NCBI RefSeq assembly: GCF_009914755.1
Contig: NC_060932.1
Reading direction: 5' to 3' (one strand)
Length of the DNA: 64,000 nucleotides
Origin: the human T2T-CHM13v2.0 reference genome, Homo sapiens
The position numbers and the translations under genes are program-made. Under the pieces are notes generated by a model. That model searched no databases and was not told the DNA's origin. It saw only the letters and a list, made by a program, of their open reading frames with translations. Positions 1 through 11,100 of this stretch are shown piece after piece (position 1 is the first letter of the stretch; each line of letters starts with the position of its first letter).

Positions 1-69
1 CCTTGGATGGACCAGTGGTGGTGTCACCCAAAGCAAATTGACACTATTTTTCCCTTGGTAACCGCAAAG

Positions 70-247
70 GGGGAGAATCACCCGTCTCCTAATTTTAACC
101 AGTACGTGAGGGACCAGGGCGCCATGACCGACCAGCTGAGCAGGCGGCAGATCCGCGAGTACCAACTCTACAGCAGGACCAGTGGCAAGCACGTGCAGGT
201 CACCGGGCGTCGCATCTCCGCCACCGCCGAGGACGGCAACAAGTTTG
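70..247 (+). CDS. FGF17: FGF17 coding exon (178 nt); alternative acceptor at 102/103 removes 11 aa
   Basis: caaag|GGGGAGAAT ... AAGTTTG|gtgaga. Confidence 0.95.
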
Positions 248-2205
248 GTGAGAGTTGGCCCTCCCCCCAGGGCACCCACACCTCCACTCTGCCTCACTTC
301 CACCCTGCCTCACCTCCTGGTCCATCCCCAGATCCTGTGTCAGGGCTGAGGGCCCCAAGGGCCTGAGTGTCCCCAACCCCTTCGCCTGAGTCTGGAGGTC
401 AGTGTGGCTGGGTGGTCCCCTGCTGTAGCCATAGGCCGGCAGCCCCGATGGACGGAGGTCTTTCTCCCCTCCCCCACCACAGCCAAGCTCATAGTGGAGA
501 CGGACACGTTTGGCAGCCGGGTTCGCATCAAAGGGGCTGAGAGTGAGAAGTACATCTGTATGAACAAGAGGGGCAAGCTCATCGGGAAGGTGAGGCTGGG
601 AGACTGGGAAGTAACAGAGAATCAGCCCTACTGGGGTGGGGACATATAGGGCATCATGCTCCCCTCTCTCCTCTGAGCCACACACCCTCCTGTGTAAAGA
701 CTTCCCATCCTACTCTCAGCCCACCCACTGGGCCACTCTCTGGTTTTTATTTTAGAGTCCGGGTCTTGCTCTGCTACCTAGGCTGGAGTGCAGTGGCACA
801 ATCATAGCCCACTGCAGCTTTGTACTCCTGGGCTCAAGCAATCCTCTCGCCTCAGCCTCTGAAGTAGTAGCTGGCACTATAGGTGCATGCCACCATGCCC
901 AGCTAATTTTTTTTTTTTTTTTTGTAGAGATAGGGCCTCACTATGTTGCCCTGGCTGGTCTCAAACTCACGGGCTAAAGCGATCCTCCCACCTCAGCCTC
1001 CCAAAGTGCTGGGATTACAGGCGTGAGCCACGGAGCCCGGCCTGGTTTCTCTATTTAAATGAGTCCCCGGGACTCTATTAGCCCTCTGAGGGGACTGGCA
1101 AGCCACTGGGATCTGTGGGGCTGATGTCAGGAGTATTTCTCCAGCAGGCATCAGTAAGAGCTTAGCATCTACCTGACACTGCAGCCTCTGGGTGGAGGAC
1201 TAAGAGCTGTTGAGGGTGGAAAGTGGGGCACAGATGTAAGACAGGAACTCCCCCAAGTTCAGTGGGGCCAGTGGGCTCCAGCTAGCAAGATAGACACTAA
1301 GCAGCTGCCCCTGTGACCAAAGCACACGGTAGGCCGGGCCCTGCTGGGTGGGAGAATTCCACTTCGTTTGAAACCAGGCAATCCCAGCTTCCCATTCGGC
1401 TGTCGCTGACCAAATAACCTTTGGTTTGCCTGTCTTTGTCAAGCCTCAGGCTTCTTGTCTGTAGAAATGGGCACAGACCCCTGATTGCAGACAGAGTGGG
1501 ATGGGTGGCTGCACTGGCACCCTTCTTTCTTCTCATTGGAGGCTGCTGCCTCCTCTCCCATGCCCAGCAGCACCCCTCACCTAGGCTGCATGAGCATTTC
1601 AGTGCTAAGGGCCCGTGCATGCTGGGAAATGCCGCAGGTCCTTGATCTTCACCTACATCTCAGGAAGCTGAGGCCCAGCCTGGTTCAGGACCGCTAAACG
1701 ACAAGCCTGCAACTCAGATCCACAAAGCGTGTTCTTGTTGGCCACTGTTGCCTCTCTAAATAGGATGCCATCTCACCAGGCAGAGTTCCCTGGGCTCACG
1801 GCCCCGTTGTTCCCGTTGTCCCTCCTCAGTCGTCCAAAATAGGCCGTAAGGGCGACACCCCAGACCAGGGTAGGTGGACAAATGCCCTTCCTGTCCTTGC
1901 TTCTCCCGCAGCCCAGCGGGAAGAGCAAAGACTGCGTGTTCACGGAGATCGTGCTGGAGAACAACTATACGGCCTTCCAGAACGCCCGGCACGAGGGCTG
2001 GTTCATGGCCTTCACGCGGCAGGGGCGGCCCCGCCAGGCTTCCCGCAGCCGCCAGAACCAGCGCGAGGCCCACTTCATCAAGCGCCTCTACCAAGGCCAG
2101 CTGCCCTTCCCCAACCACGCCGAGAAGCAGAAGCAGTTCGAGTTTGTGGGCTCCGCCCCCACCCGCCGGACCAAGCGCACACGGCGGCCCCAGCCCCTCA
2201 CGTAG
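70..2205 (+). CDS. FGF17: Fibroblast growth factor 17, 3' portion (exons 70-247, 483-589, 1912-2205); 5' coding exons lie upstream of the window
   Basis: Spliced translation [44 protein letters not shown]...[18 protein letters not shown]...[34 protein letters not shown]...RRPQPLT* is FGF17 (FGF8 subfamily); all junctions AG/GT with consistent phase. Confidence 0.97.
483..589 (+). CDS. FGF17: FGF17 coding exon (107 nt)
   Basis: cccaccacag|CCAAGCTC ... GGGAAG|gtgagg. Confidence 0.95.
744..1042 (-). mobile_element. AluJ-type SINE in FGF17 last intron
   Basis: Antisense Alu dimer with central T-rich linker. Confidence 0.9.
1912..2205 (+). CDS. FGF17: FGF17 last coding exon
   Basis: ttctcccgcag|CCCAGCGGG ... 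CTCACG TAG. Confidence 0.96.
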   Translation, partial: PSGKSKDCVFTEIVLENNYTAFQNARHEGWFMAFTRQGRPRQASRSRQNQREAHFIKRLYQGQLPFPNHAEKQKQFEFVGSAPTRRTKRTRRPQPLT

Positions 2206-2743
2206 TCTGGGAGGCACGGGGCAGCAGCCCCTGGGCCGCCTCCCCACCCCTTTCCCTTCTTAATCCAAGGACTGGGCTGGGGTGGCGGGAGGGGAGCCAG
2301 ATCCCCGAGGGAGGACCCTGAGGGCCGCGAAGCATCCGAGCCCCCAGCTGGGAAGGGGCAGGCCGGTGCCCCAGGGGCGGCTGGCACAGTGCCCCCTTCC
2401 CGGACGGGTGGCAGGCCCTGGAGAGGAACTGAGTGTCACCCTGATCTCAGGCCACCAGCCTCTGCCGGCCTCCCAGCCGGGCTCCTGAAGCCCGCTGAAA
2501 GGTCAGCGACTGAAGGCCTTGCAGACAACCGTCTGGAGGTGGCTGTCCTCAAAATCTGCTTCTCGGATCTCCCTCAGTCTGCCCCCAGCCCCCAAACTCC
2601 TCCTGGCTAGACTGTAGGAAGGGACTTTTGTTTGTTTGTTTGTTTCAGGAAAAAAGAAAGGGAGAGAGAGGAAAATAGAGGGTTGTCCACTCCTCACATT
2701 CCACGACCCAGGCCTGCACCCCACCCCCAACTCCCAGCCCCGG

Positions 2744-2749
2744 AATAAA
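2744..2749 (+). terminator. FGF17: FGF17 polyadenylation signal AATAAA
   Basis: First AATAAA seen downstream of the stop, about 540 nt into the 3' UTR. Confidence 0.85.
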
Positions 2750-2779
2750 ACCATTTTCCTGCAAATGGGTTATCTGAAG

Positions 2780-3400
2780 CGGGGCGGGGGATCCGACCAC
2801 CGAACACCCCTGGAAACGAGCCTGCCCGTCCCCGGCCGGGCGTGGCCACGGCAGGTGCAGGCGCGGCCCGCAGCGCTGGGGCCCCCAGGAGGCCGCGGGC
2901 TCGGCCCCGCGGGAGGCGGGCGCGTCCAGGCCGGGCGGCCCCTCCCTGGCGCGGGCTCGGGTTTCCTGGGCTCGCGCGGCGCGGCCCGTGCTACCTGTTG
3001 GGGAAGAAAACCCGAGCCCCCGGAGGGGCCGGGGCCGGGGCCGGGACGTGCATCCAGCCGGGCCCCGGGCCCCAGGCCCCAGGCCCGAGGCGCAGGCGAG
3101 GGCCCTGCGGAGCCCGGCGGAGCCCGGGCGGCCCGCGGACGCCAGGAGCCTCCTCGGGCAGCGAGATTGCTTTTTTTCCGGTGAGGAGGGCGGGGGCGGG
3201 AAGCGGGGTTGGGCGGCCGGAAGGGGGGAGGGGGCGAGAAGGCGTCCCCTGTCCTCCCGGGTCCCCGCGGGGCCGGGGCGGGGGCCACACCTGAGGGCAA
3301 ATCTCAATTAGAGGCAGCGGCCCGGCCCGGATGGCCCGGGGGGTAGGGGGCGAGAGGGGCGGGGAGGAAGGGGCGGCCTTGCCCCCACCCCAGCTTCTCC
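2780..3400 (+). promoter_or_regulatory. DMTN: CpG island / distal DMTN promoter with candidate non-coding first exon ending at 3180
   Basis: Very GC- and CpG-rich, GC boxes, donor TTCCG|gtgagg at 3180/3181. Confidence 0.65.
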
Positions 3401-3570
3401 GGTGGGCTTTCCCAGGGTCCTCCAGGTGTGCGTGTGGGGAGTGGAACTCGGGGGCCATAAAACCCGCCTCTTCAGTGCGCTGGCTTTTAATCTTGTCGAG
3501 GGGGAGGTCTTCCTCGCAGGGACAACCCCCCCCCCCCGCCACCCCACCAGGTCAGCTCTTCAGGGGGAAC

Positions 3571-3706
3571 ACCCTCAGTGAGCGCTCTCTTCTGGGGGTG
3601 GGGCCCCAGCCTCAGTTTCCCCTACCCTCACGGAGCCCTCTCTTCTGAGGATGTCCCCCAGCCTCAGTTTCCCCTTCCCTCACTGAGTCCTCTCTTCTGA
3701 GGATGT
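3571..3706. repeat. 52-bp tandem repeat, about 2.6 copies
   Basis: ccccagcctcagtttcccctwccctcac.gag.cctctcttctgaggatgt at 3604 and 3656, plus a partial upstream copy. Confidence 0.8.
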
Positions 3707-4704
3707 ACCCCTTCCAGCCTGTTTCTCCTCCTCTCCCTCTTCTTTCTGAGACTACCTTGAGGAGGGGGATTATGGAGAGAGAAGGATGAAACACATCCCT
3801 TCTCCTCTCTGCTCCCTAGAATGGCCTAAAAATGAGAGAGGAAGTGGGGAAGGGCCCTCGTCCAGTGAAAATGGGAGGTGGGTGCAGCTACAGTCTCAGT
3901 TGATGGCGAGCGCCGGCGCAGAGTCTGACACCCCCACCACGGGGCAATTTAGAAGGTGGGGACAGCGGCAGCCAAGAGGGAGGTCCCCGGCCCTGGGACA
4001 GACATTCTCCCTACTGCTCGTCATAATTGCTTTTCACCAGGTTACTTTTTTCTCTCCCCCATCACAAAGAGCCTTAATCCCAGTGAAGACCGCGCCGTGT
4101 TGGGGGTAGTTTTCTGGGATGTGTGTCGGGAGGGTGGTCTGGAGCCACAGCTGATAACTGGCGAGTTCAATGGGACTTAACGGGGGCAACACCCAGCAAT
4201 TACTTGAGGACAAAGGGTTGGGGGCCCCCCAGGTGTAGAAGACTGGACTTTGGGGGGTGGCTGGGGAGGAGGCTGGGAAGGAGGTGTGTTGGGGAGGGGG
4301 CTCTTAAAATCCCTCTGATTTCCGCAGGAATTTGAGACATTCTTTAAAACTCTAGACTGCCTCCCCGCTAGCCCGGCTCTCCGGCCCACCCCTGCCCCTC
4401 CCTCGCTCGGGTTAGAGACGGCTTCAAAGGTGGACGGGGCCCTTTGTCTTGCCTCCGCTTTCTTCTCGGCCTTTCTCCGGCCCCTCCCTCCCTCCCTCTC
4501 TTTGACCTCCCCGGTACCGACAGGCCTCTGGGGGCTGGCTCCAGAAAGCCCTCACTGTTTTCTTTCTTGCTTTTTGAGGTGAGACCTGGCAGGGAGGGAC
4601 AGAGAAGGGAGAGGGAGAGGGAGGGCCGCTCCAGAGGCCTGTGCTGTCCCAGGGAGTGCCCTCATCCCACCCCATCCCCGAGGTATCCAGCGCCTGCTCC
4701 CGCC

Positions 4705-4748
4705 CTGGGTCTCTGGGTCTCTGGGTCCCTGGGTCCCTGGGTCCCTGG
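4705..4748. repeat. 8-bp tandem repeat (ctgggtcy) about 5.5 copies
   Basis: Direct reading. Confidence 0.8.
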
Positions 4749-7499
4749 CTGGTCTCTGACTGAGCCTTCTCCTCACCACACCTCTCGGCGCCTCTGCCCA
4801 GTGTCCAGGCACTGCCATTCCCCAGGTGGGTCTTCAGGCTCTGGAAGTCTGTTCAGCTCATTCCCCCTGAACTGGTGGTGACTTCGAAGATGCTAAAAGG
4901 AAGAAGCCACAAGAATAGATCCCTAATGATGGCACTTCAGAGGAGATTTAACATGCACATCTAGGCGGTTGGAAGGAAGGAGACTTCCCCCAGGTCCTCA
5001 GACCACACCTGGCTTCAGCAACCCTGCTTGCCTCTGAGCGCCTGGGTCTATGCAGGTGTGAGCATGGAGTAGCCACAGGGGGCTAATTGCTAATAGCCCC
5101 TTGCCGTTGGGGAAACACGAACCCATTTAGGGGAGGATGTGACCAGGTGGAGGGAGGTGGCGGCAGCGGCCACCAGTGCCTCAAGTCTCACGCCAGTTTG
5201 GGATTACCAAGAACTCTCACTAAGAATGGCTCACAAATTTACCTCCCCTTTCTCCACCCTGTCCTCCAAACAGCCAGACGAGGCAGAGGGGAGCCAAGCA
5301 GGTCGTCAGAGGGGGACATTCACTCACTCTTTAGGCCACACAAACTGGTTCCACTTACATCATTCTATTCAATCCTGTCCCTCTGACGCTGAGACAGTGA
5401 CTTTCCAGGGACCAAGCCGAAAGCCTTGCCTCAGTCCTCAGTGTCTTCAGCCCCAAGCGCTTGCTATGGCAAAGAACCGTTTCTCCTCAAGCCACACCCC
5501 ACCCCCCTCGGCCTGCCCTCAGCTGTCCTGCCTGGCTTCTCTTTCCCAGCTCCTCACAGAGGACCCTCACCCAAGATTCCCTCCCGCTCTGCTCTCTGTC
5601 TGCCAGCTGCCCCTCTGAGCAACCTCAGCATCTCAGCCACCGCCTCCTTGCGCGTGACTGCTCTCTGCCAAACCCTGGGGCTCTGCACCGTGGCCAGACC
5701 TCACTGGGATCTATCTAAATATCCACTCGCTCCCTACATCATCTCTGTGCCTCTCAACGCTGCCCTCCAGTCCAGTACATCCGAGTTTGCTCCACTTACC
5801 TTCCCTACCATCAACCACAGCTCTACCCACGCCACACTATCCCGGCCAAACTCCTTAGCGTCATCTTTAAGACTCCTGTCCAGCCCTGTCCAGTCTCCCT
5901 ATTCGGCCCTAGCCCCACAACTCCCCTTTAAGAATACTGGAAAACTGGAACTCTATCAAGCAAGCATGTCCCCATTCTCATTTGAAGGGTCCCCGCCACC
6001 TGGCGTGTCCTGCTCTAGCACACACACACACACCCAGACCGCAGGCTCCTCCTCTGCTCCATAGGCTCTTGGCACTACCCCGGGATGAGCGACTGTCTCC
6101 ACTGCCACTGGTCTTGCCAGCCATTCACTTGCCCTTGCCTTGTGGTACATGTCACAGCTTGTCCAGAACTGTCATGATGTATGTGCTTGTCATGATTCCG
6201 CTAAATAGCAAGTGCCCCAGATGTAGAAATAGTCCATCTTTTCCTCCCCGACAGTGCCCAGCACAGTATGTTGCACAGGGTAAATGTTTATTGAGGAAAT
6301 AAACCACTTGAAGCCCTAGAAAGAAGTCATTGGCCCAACACCCCACCATCCCTCTAGGCAGAGGCAGGAGAGAGGCCAGAATCCTGCCTTCTCCTTCCTT
6401 CTTTAGGCAGACGTGGGTGGGGCGGGGGCTTAAGCAGTTAGTCCCAGTGTTTATTTTCCCCCCACAACATTCAAGTCCTGTGCTAATCCTTCTGTTAATA
6501 AAAAACATGGACAAGATAGAGCTCTCAAGGCACTTGAAATTTAATTGGAGGGATAAACCCATAAAAAGGCAATTATTTGTTCTTTGGTGGGACTTTTGGA
6601 AAACCCTCTCTTACACATGACATAACAAAGCAACCTTTTTTTTTTCGTACGTCCCCAAAGAGGGAAAGGGGAGATAAGAATTATTGGGAATAAGGAAACT
6701 AATATGTACCGAGCTCAGGAGATGTGCTAGGCCACACTCAGGGCATACTTGCTTGCAATCCTTCTTTAGGGCAGTGAGATGTTCCCATGTAGCACATGTG
6801 GATGAGTTCACACTCAGAAATGCCAGGCCATTCACGGTCTCACAGCTAGTGAGCACTGCACTCTAGATTCTGCCCGGCTTCCACACTTTGCCTGCAAAGT
6901 GTGCCCAGGCATCGTGAGTTCTGGGGCAGGAGAGAGCACAGGCCAGGGTGCTTGCGGGGGCTTTGTGGAAGGTCTGGGGTTTGCATGATTTCAGATGATT
7001 TCAGTGGAGAAAATATGCACAGAGCGGAAAATGACGAGAGGAAAAACGGGCACGAGAATCAAGGCGGCAAAATGGGAGGTGTGCTCCAGGGAAGGGGAAT
7101 AGTCCGTCTACTTGGCTGGAGCTGAAATTTGTGTAGAGAAGTGGCAGGAAGTGATTGGATCAAATGATGAAGAGTTTGGTCCTTATGCTGTGGCAGGGAG
7201 GAGATGGTGAGGGGCTTTGCGGGGGCCAGATGCAGTGGTCTGGTGGCAGCATGCTGAAGGAGTGGAGGCTCTAGGGTCTGGGCAGCAGAGTCCAATGCCC
7301 GGAGGCAGGGGCACATGGCTCCCAATCTCTGGTGAGAATGGTGGCTTTGGGGCCCTCATCCTTCCTTTTCTTCAGGTCTCTGTCACCCTTTCCTTCCTCC
7401 CTGAGTGTCCAGGTGCCCTGGCTCCACCTCTCCCGAAGTTAATGTTTAGATAGCTCCCCCGCCCAGCAGGTTGGTGTGTAGGGTGGGGCCGGGGGGCAC

Positions 7500-7742
7500 T
7501 GGAGTGAGACAGACCAGACGTGGACAGAGAAGCCTATCGACAGGGCCTGGGGGAGGGAGGAGGCAGCAGGGCCGGAGTCCACCCAGGACATCTGGCACCA
7601 GTGACCTTGTGGGGAAAGGAGCCAAGAACGGGGCGTCGGGGGGCCTGGGACCCCCCTGCCTGAGAGATACAGGAATCCTGGCCCCGTGTTGTGGACACAA
7701 GCGCCCATCCTCAAGGTCCTGAGAACTCCTGAACTTCCAAAG
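7500..7742 (+). other. DMTN: Candidate alternative non-coding first exon of DMTN (5' end approximate)
   Basis: Strong donor CCAAAG|gtatga at 7742/7743; GC boxes upstream. Confidence 0.5.
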
Positions 7743-8057
7743 GTATGAGAGCCCTGGCAGCCGCCTCCTGCCTGCTCAGTATGGAGCAGAGCTGAGGAAG
7801 CCCACCCGCCTGGGGCCTGAGCCAACAGGCACCTGTTGTTCAGTGTTGCCAGCTTTCAAGGGGGAGAATCTCCCCTCTCAGACAAGCCATGGGGGAGTTC
7901 AGTTCAGCTGGCCTTGAGAGGTCAGAGGCCTTCCCAGGGGGAGGAGGCCGGAGGCAGAGTGAGTCTTCCCATGGGACAAGGACAGTGACGAGGTAGGGTC
8001 AGAGGATGGCATGGGTGAGAAGGGTCCCCTTGCCTCCCCTCTGAACGCCCACCACCA

Positions 8058-8059
<2 letters not shown>

Positions 8060-8093
<34 letters not shown>

Positions 8094-8102
8094 ACACACA
8101 CA
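8060..8102. repeat. (CA)n microsatellite
   Basis: Direct reading. Confidence 0.95.
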
Positions 8103-8779
8103 GCCCAGATCCCTGGCAGCAAAATGACCTTGGCAGCTACCACTCCTCAGGTCGACAGAGGGAGCCCTCACTCTGCAGTCCCCTTGGGTCCAGGCCTGGC
8201 TGGGCTGAGCACTCTTCCTGCCCAAGGTGGCCCGCCCGCCCCACCCATGGAGGGACATTCCGATAGAATGTGAGACTCAGGCATGGTGGGGGACAGTGGG
8301 AATGGGGCCTTGAGGAATTGGAAGAGAGCTGTCCCTTGCTCTGAGTTTTCTCAGGTGGAATGAGAGAGGGTTTGGGACCAGGTGAAGGTGCTCACAGAGA
8401 CGGCAGAGGTGTGGGGCCCGCAGCCGCGTGCCCAGTGCAGCCAGCGCCCAGGGGCCTCTGAACCCTGCCGGAGCAACCCCTCTGGCCCTTCAGCACAAGG
8501 ACTGTCCCTGCCTTGCTGCCTGTCATTGTCCCGAGCTCCACACTGGGCTTCCTGGAGTGGGGACTCTCCCCAGTGCTGCATACTCTTCAAGACTGGCCTG
8601 CTCTCCAGCCCTGAATTAGGGTTCTCCTGGGGTCACCCCTAAAGCCAATTCTAGAGCCTTATGAAAGGAAGTGGGGGGATGGGGTACTTGGTGGGGTTCA
8701 CTGGGCACCCTAGCTCCTGAAGCTGTCCCCTAACCCCCAGCCCCAGCACTGAGGACCCACCCTCAGGCCCCCTCCCTCC

Positions 8780-8971
8780 ATCTCTGAGGAAGAGGCAGCG
8801 GGAGGCACAGCTTCCTCCTCCCCCCCTCCCTGCTGCCGCGGCTGAGCCGGGCCTGAGCTGCCGGCAGGTTGTCTTGGCAACAGGAGGTGGAGAGGAGATG
8901 CGCCGAGGGATGGAGGTGTATGTCACCGAGGAGGCTGCTGCGCTCCTGCCCCACGCCCTGGGCCCTTGAAG
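8780..8971 (+). other. DMTN: Candidate alternative non-coding first exon of DMTN (5' end approximate)
   Basis: Local CpG enrichment and donor TTGAAG|gtaccg at 8971/8972. Confidence 0.45.
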
Positions 8972-10859
8972 GTACCGAGCACCCTCCCCTCCTTCTCCCC
9001 TCCGCCCTTTCCCCTTGACTCCCCCTACTCTGCCCTACATGCACTGGCTTCAATAGGAGGAGGCACCCCTCCTCCCAGGCCCAGCGATTCTACCCATTCC
9101 TCATCACCCACCTCGTTCCAGGCCCCTGGCCACAGCTGTCCTTCCTGGCATCAGCTCATTCCAACTCTACCTCTGGGGACCCTTGCACCAGAAGACAGCT
9201 CTCCTGGGGTGGGGCCTGGTGGGGGAGGGGCAATACAGGGGAGGAACCCAGGTCGGGGTGCGGCGGGGATCAGGAATTCTAAAGGGCTGAGGTGTCAAAG
9301 CCCCAAGTACCTGGTCCGCTGGAGGGACCGAGAGAGATCATCTAGGGCTGGAGTGGGGCTGGGGCTTCCCCTCTGTCTCTCAGACTCTGATTAGAGGGAA
9401 GTAAGGGTGGGGTTGAAGGTACAGAAAGCCGAGAGGCTGGGCTGAGGCCGGGCTGGTTGTGGAGCGATGGCTGGAGTGGCTCCTCCTCCAAGGCTGTGCC
9501 CCTTTCTGCCACATTGAAGGTATGCCCCCTCCCACATCACTCTCCTGGCCTTTTTCTCTGCAGTTCCATGGATCTGATGCTTCATCCCCCACCCCCAGGT
9601 TTTCTCTACCTTCACAGCCACCCCCGCCTGGCTGCAGCAGCTCAGCCTGTGTTCTGTCTCCCTTCTCAGCCACCTGCCTCCTTCCTTCCTCCCTTCTCTC
9701 TGGAGCCCATCCCTCAGGTTACTGTCCTCTCTGTCCCCACCAGCCAGATACTTTCTGTCCCCTCCTGGCCTCTTCCCTCAAGCCCCTCCCCCTGTGCTTC
9801 TCCATTCAGACACCCCAGAGCCCCCTCCCCAGATTCTAGATTTCCCCAACAACAGCTGATACCATCAGCTGACCGGCTGGGGGCAGGGTTGCCAGGGCAA
9901 CGGTGAGGGCTGCCTAGGTAGGCAAGTCTGCGGTGTGGAGGTGGAGAGGACATTGGGGCCAGGGCGAGGGTCGAGGGCAAGGCTTGTTGTCCTTCCCCAT
10001 CCTGCCCAGGGGGCCCGAAAGGCCAATGAGAGGCTCCTGGGGTGGTTGAGGCTTTGCTAGAGACAGGGAAGGCACATGCCTGTAAATTCTGTGCTGGGAC
10101 CCAGGGGTTACCAGGCAGGAAGCTCCTTTTTCATGAAGCCACCCTAGGGAGAGATGGGGTCCTTCTCTCTCTCTGCTGCATCCCATTGGAGTTCCCAGGG
10201 GATTCAGGTTACTGAGGGGCCAGCTCAAGTCTCAGTACTGAGGACCTGGTTGCATCCCTCCATTCTACCCTCCCAGGAGAGAGCTCATCCTTGGGTAACC
10301 AATTCTGGCCTGTGCCTGCACCCCCACCTCAAGAGGCTGGGCCCCAGAGGCCTCAGTTGCTGCTGTCAGATGGTGGGGTGGTCATGAATAGGGTAGGAGG
10401 TGCAGGTGCCTGGAGAAAGCAGGCATTGTCCGCCTGGGTCATCAGTAGCCCCCTCCCTCGACCCACCGCCCACAGCAACTTGAACTCTGGCTGTTTAGGA
10501 GGAGGCTGAGGGGCTCTGGGTGCGTGTGGGTGTGTGTGTGCGTGTGAGTGCTGCAGACTGCGGTGTGGGAAAGGGAGAGGACAGTGCTGGCTGATTCTGC
10601 TTTGTCATGACGCTGGGTTAATGCTCCTCTTGTTTGAAATGGATTGAGCTGCAGCGCTGGTGGAAGAGCGCGCACATCCACACACACACCCTTGCCAGCC
10701 ACACGCTATCAGCTGGAAGTGGGGAGGGCGCGGGGAGGGCGTGGGGGAGCCAGCAGCCCGCCCGCCCTCCCGCCCCCAGACGAGGACTCCCCAGCACCGG
10801 GGGATCCAGGCGGCCGTGGCTTGCAGAGAAGCAGGGTGGGGGCAAGGAGGGTGGGGGCC

Positions 10860-11100
10860 CAGAGGGGAGATCAGACCGCTCAGCCGAGACCAGCTCCCCT
10901 CCTTCGCCAGCTCCCACCCCGCCCACCCACCCTAAGCCGGCATTTTTCCTGTTATTTGTGCTCCGGGGAAGCGCCGCGGGGTTCCTGGAAGAGACACCTA
11001 TTACCTAGGCTCCTGGGGGAAGTGACAGCCCGTGGATCTGGCCTACGCCTCTCGGGCCTCTGTGGCCTCAGAGCGTCTGGGCCACACTGTCTGGGAAGAG
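10860..11100 (+). other. DMTN: Candidate alternative non-coding first exon of DMTN (5' end approximate)
   Basis: CpG-enriched patch 10650-11000 and donor GAAGAG|gtaggt at 11100/11101. Confidence 0.5.

Noticed and set aside
2636-3542. Multiple overlapping 100-220 aa ORFs on both strands
   Set aside because: CpG-island artefacts with no recognisable domain
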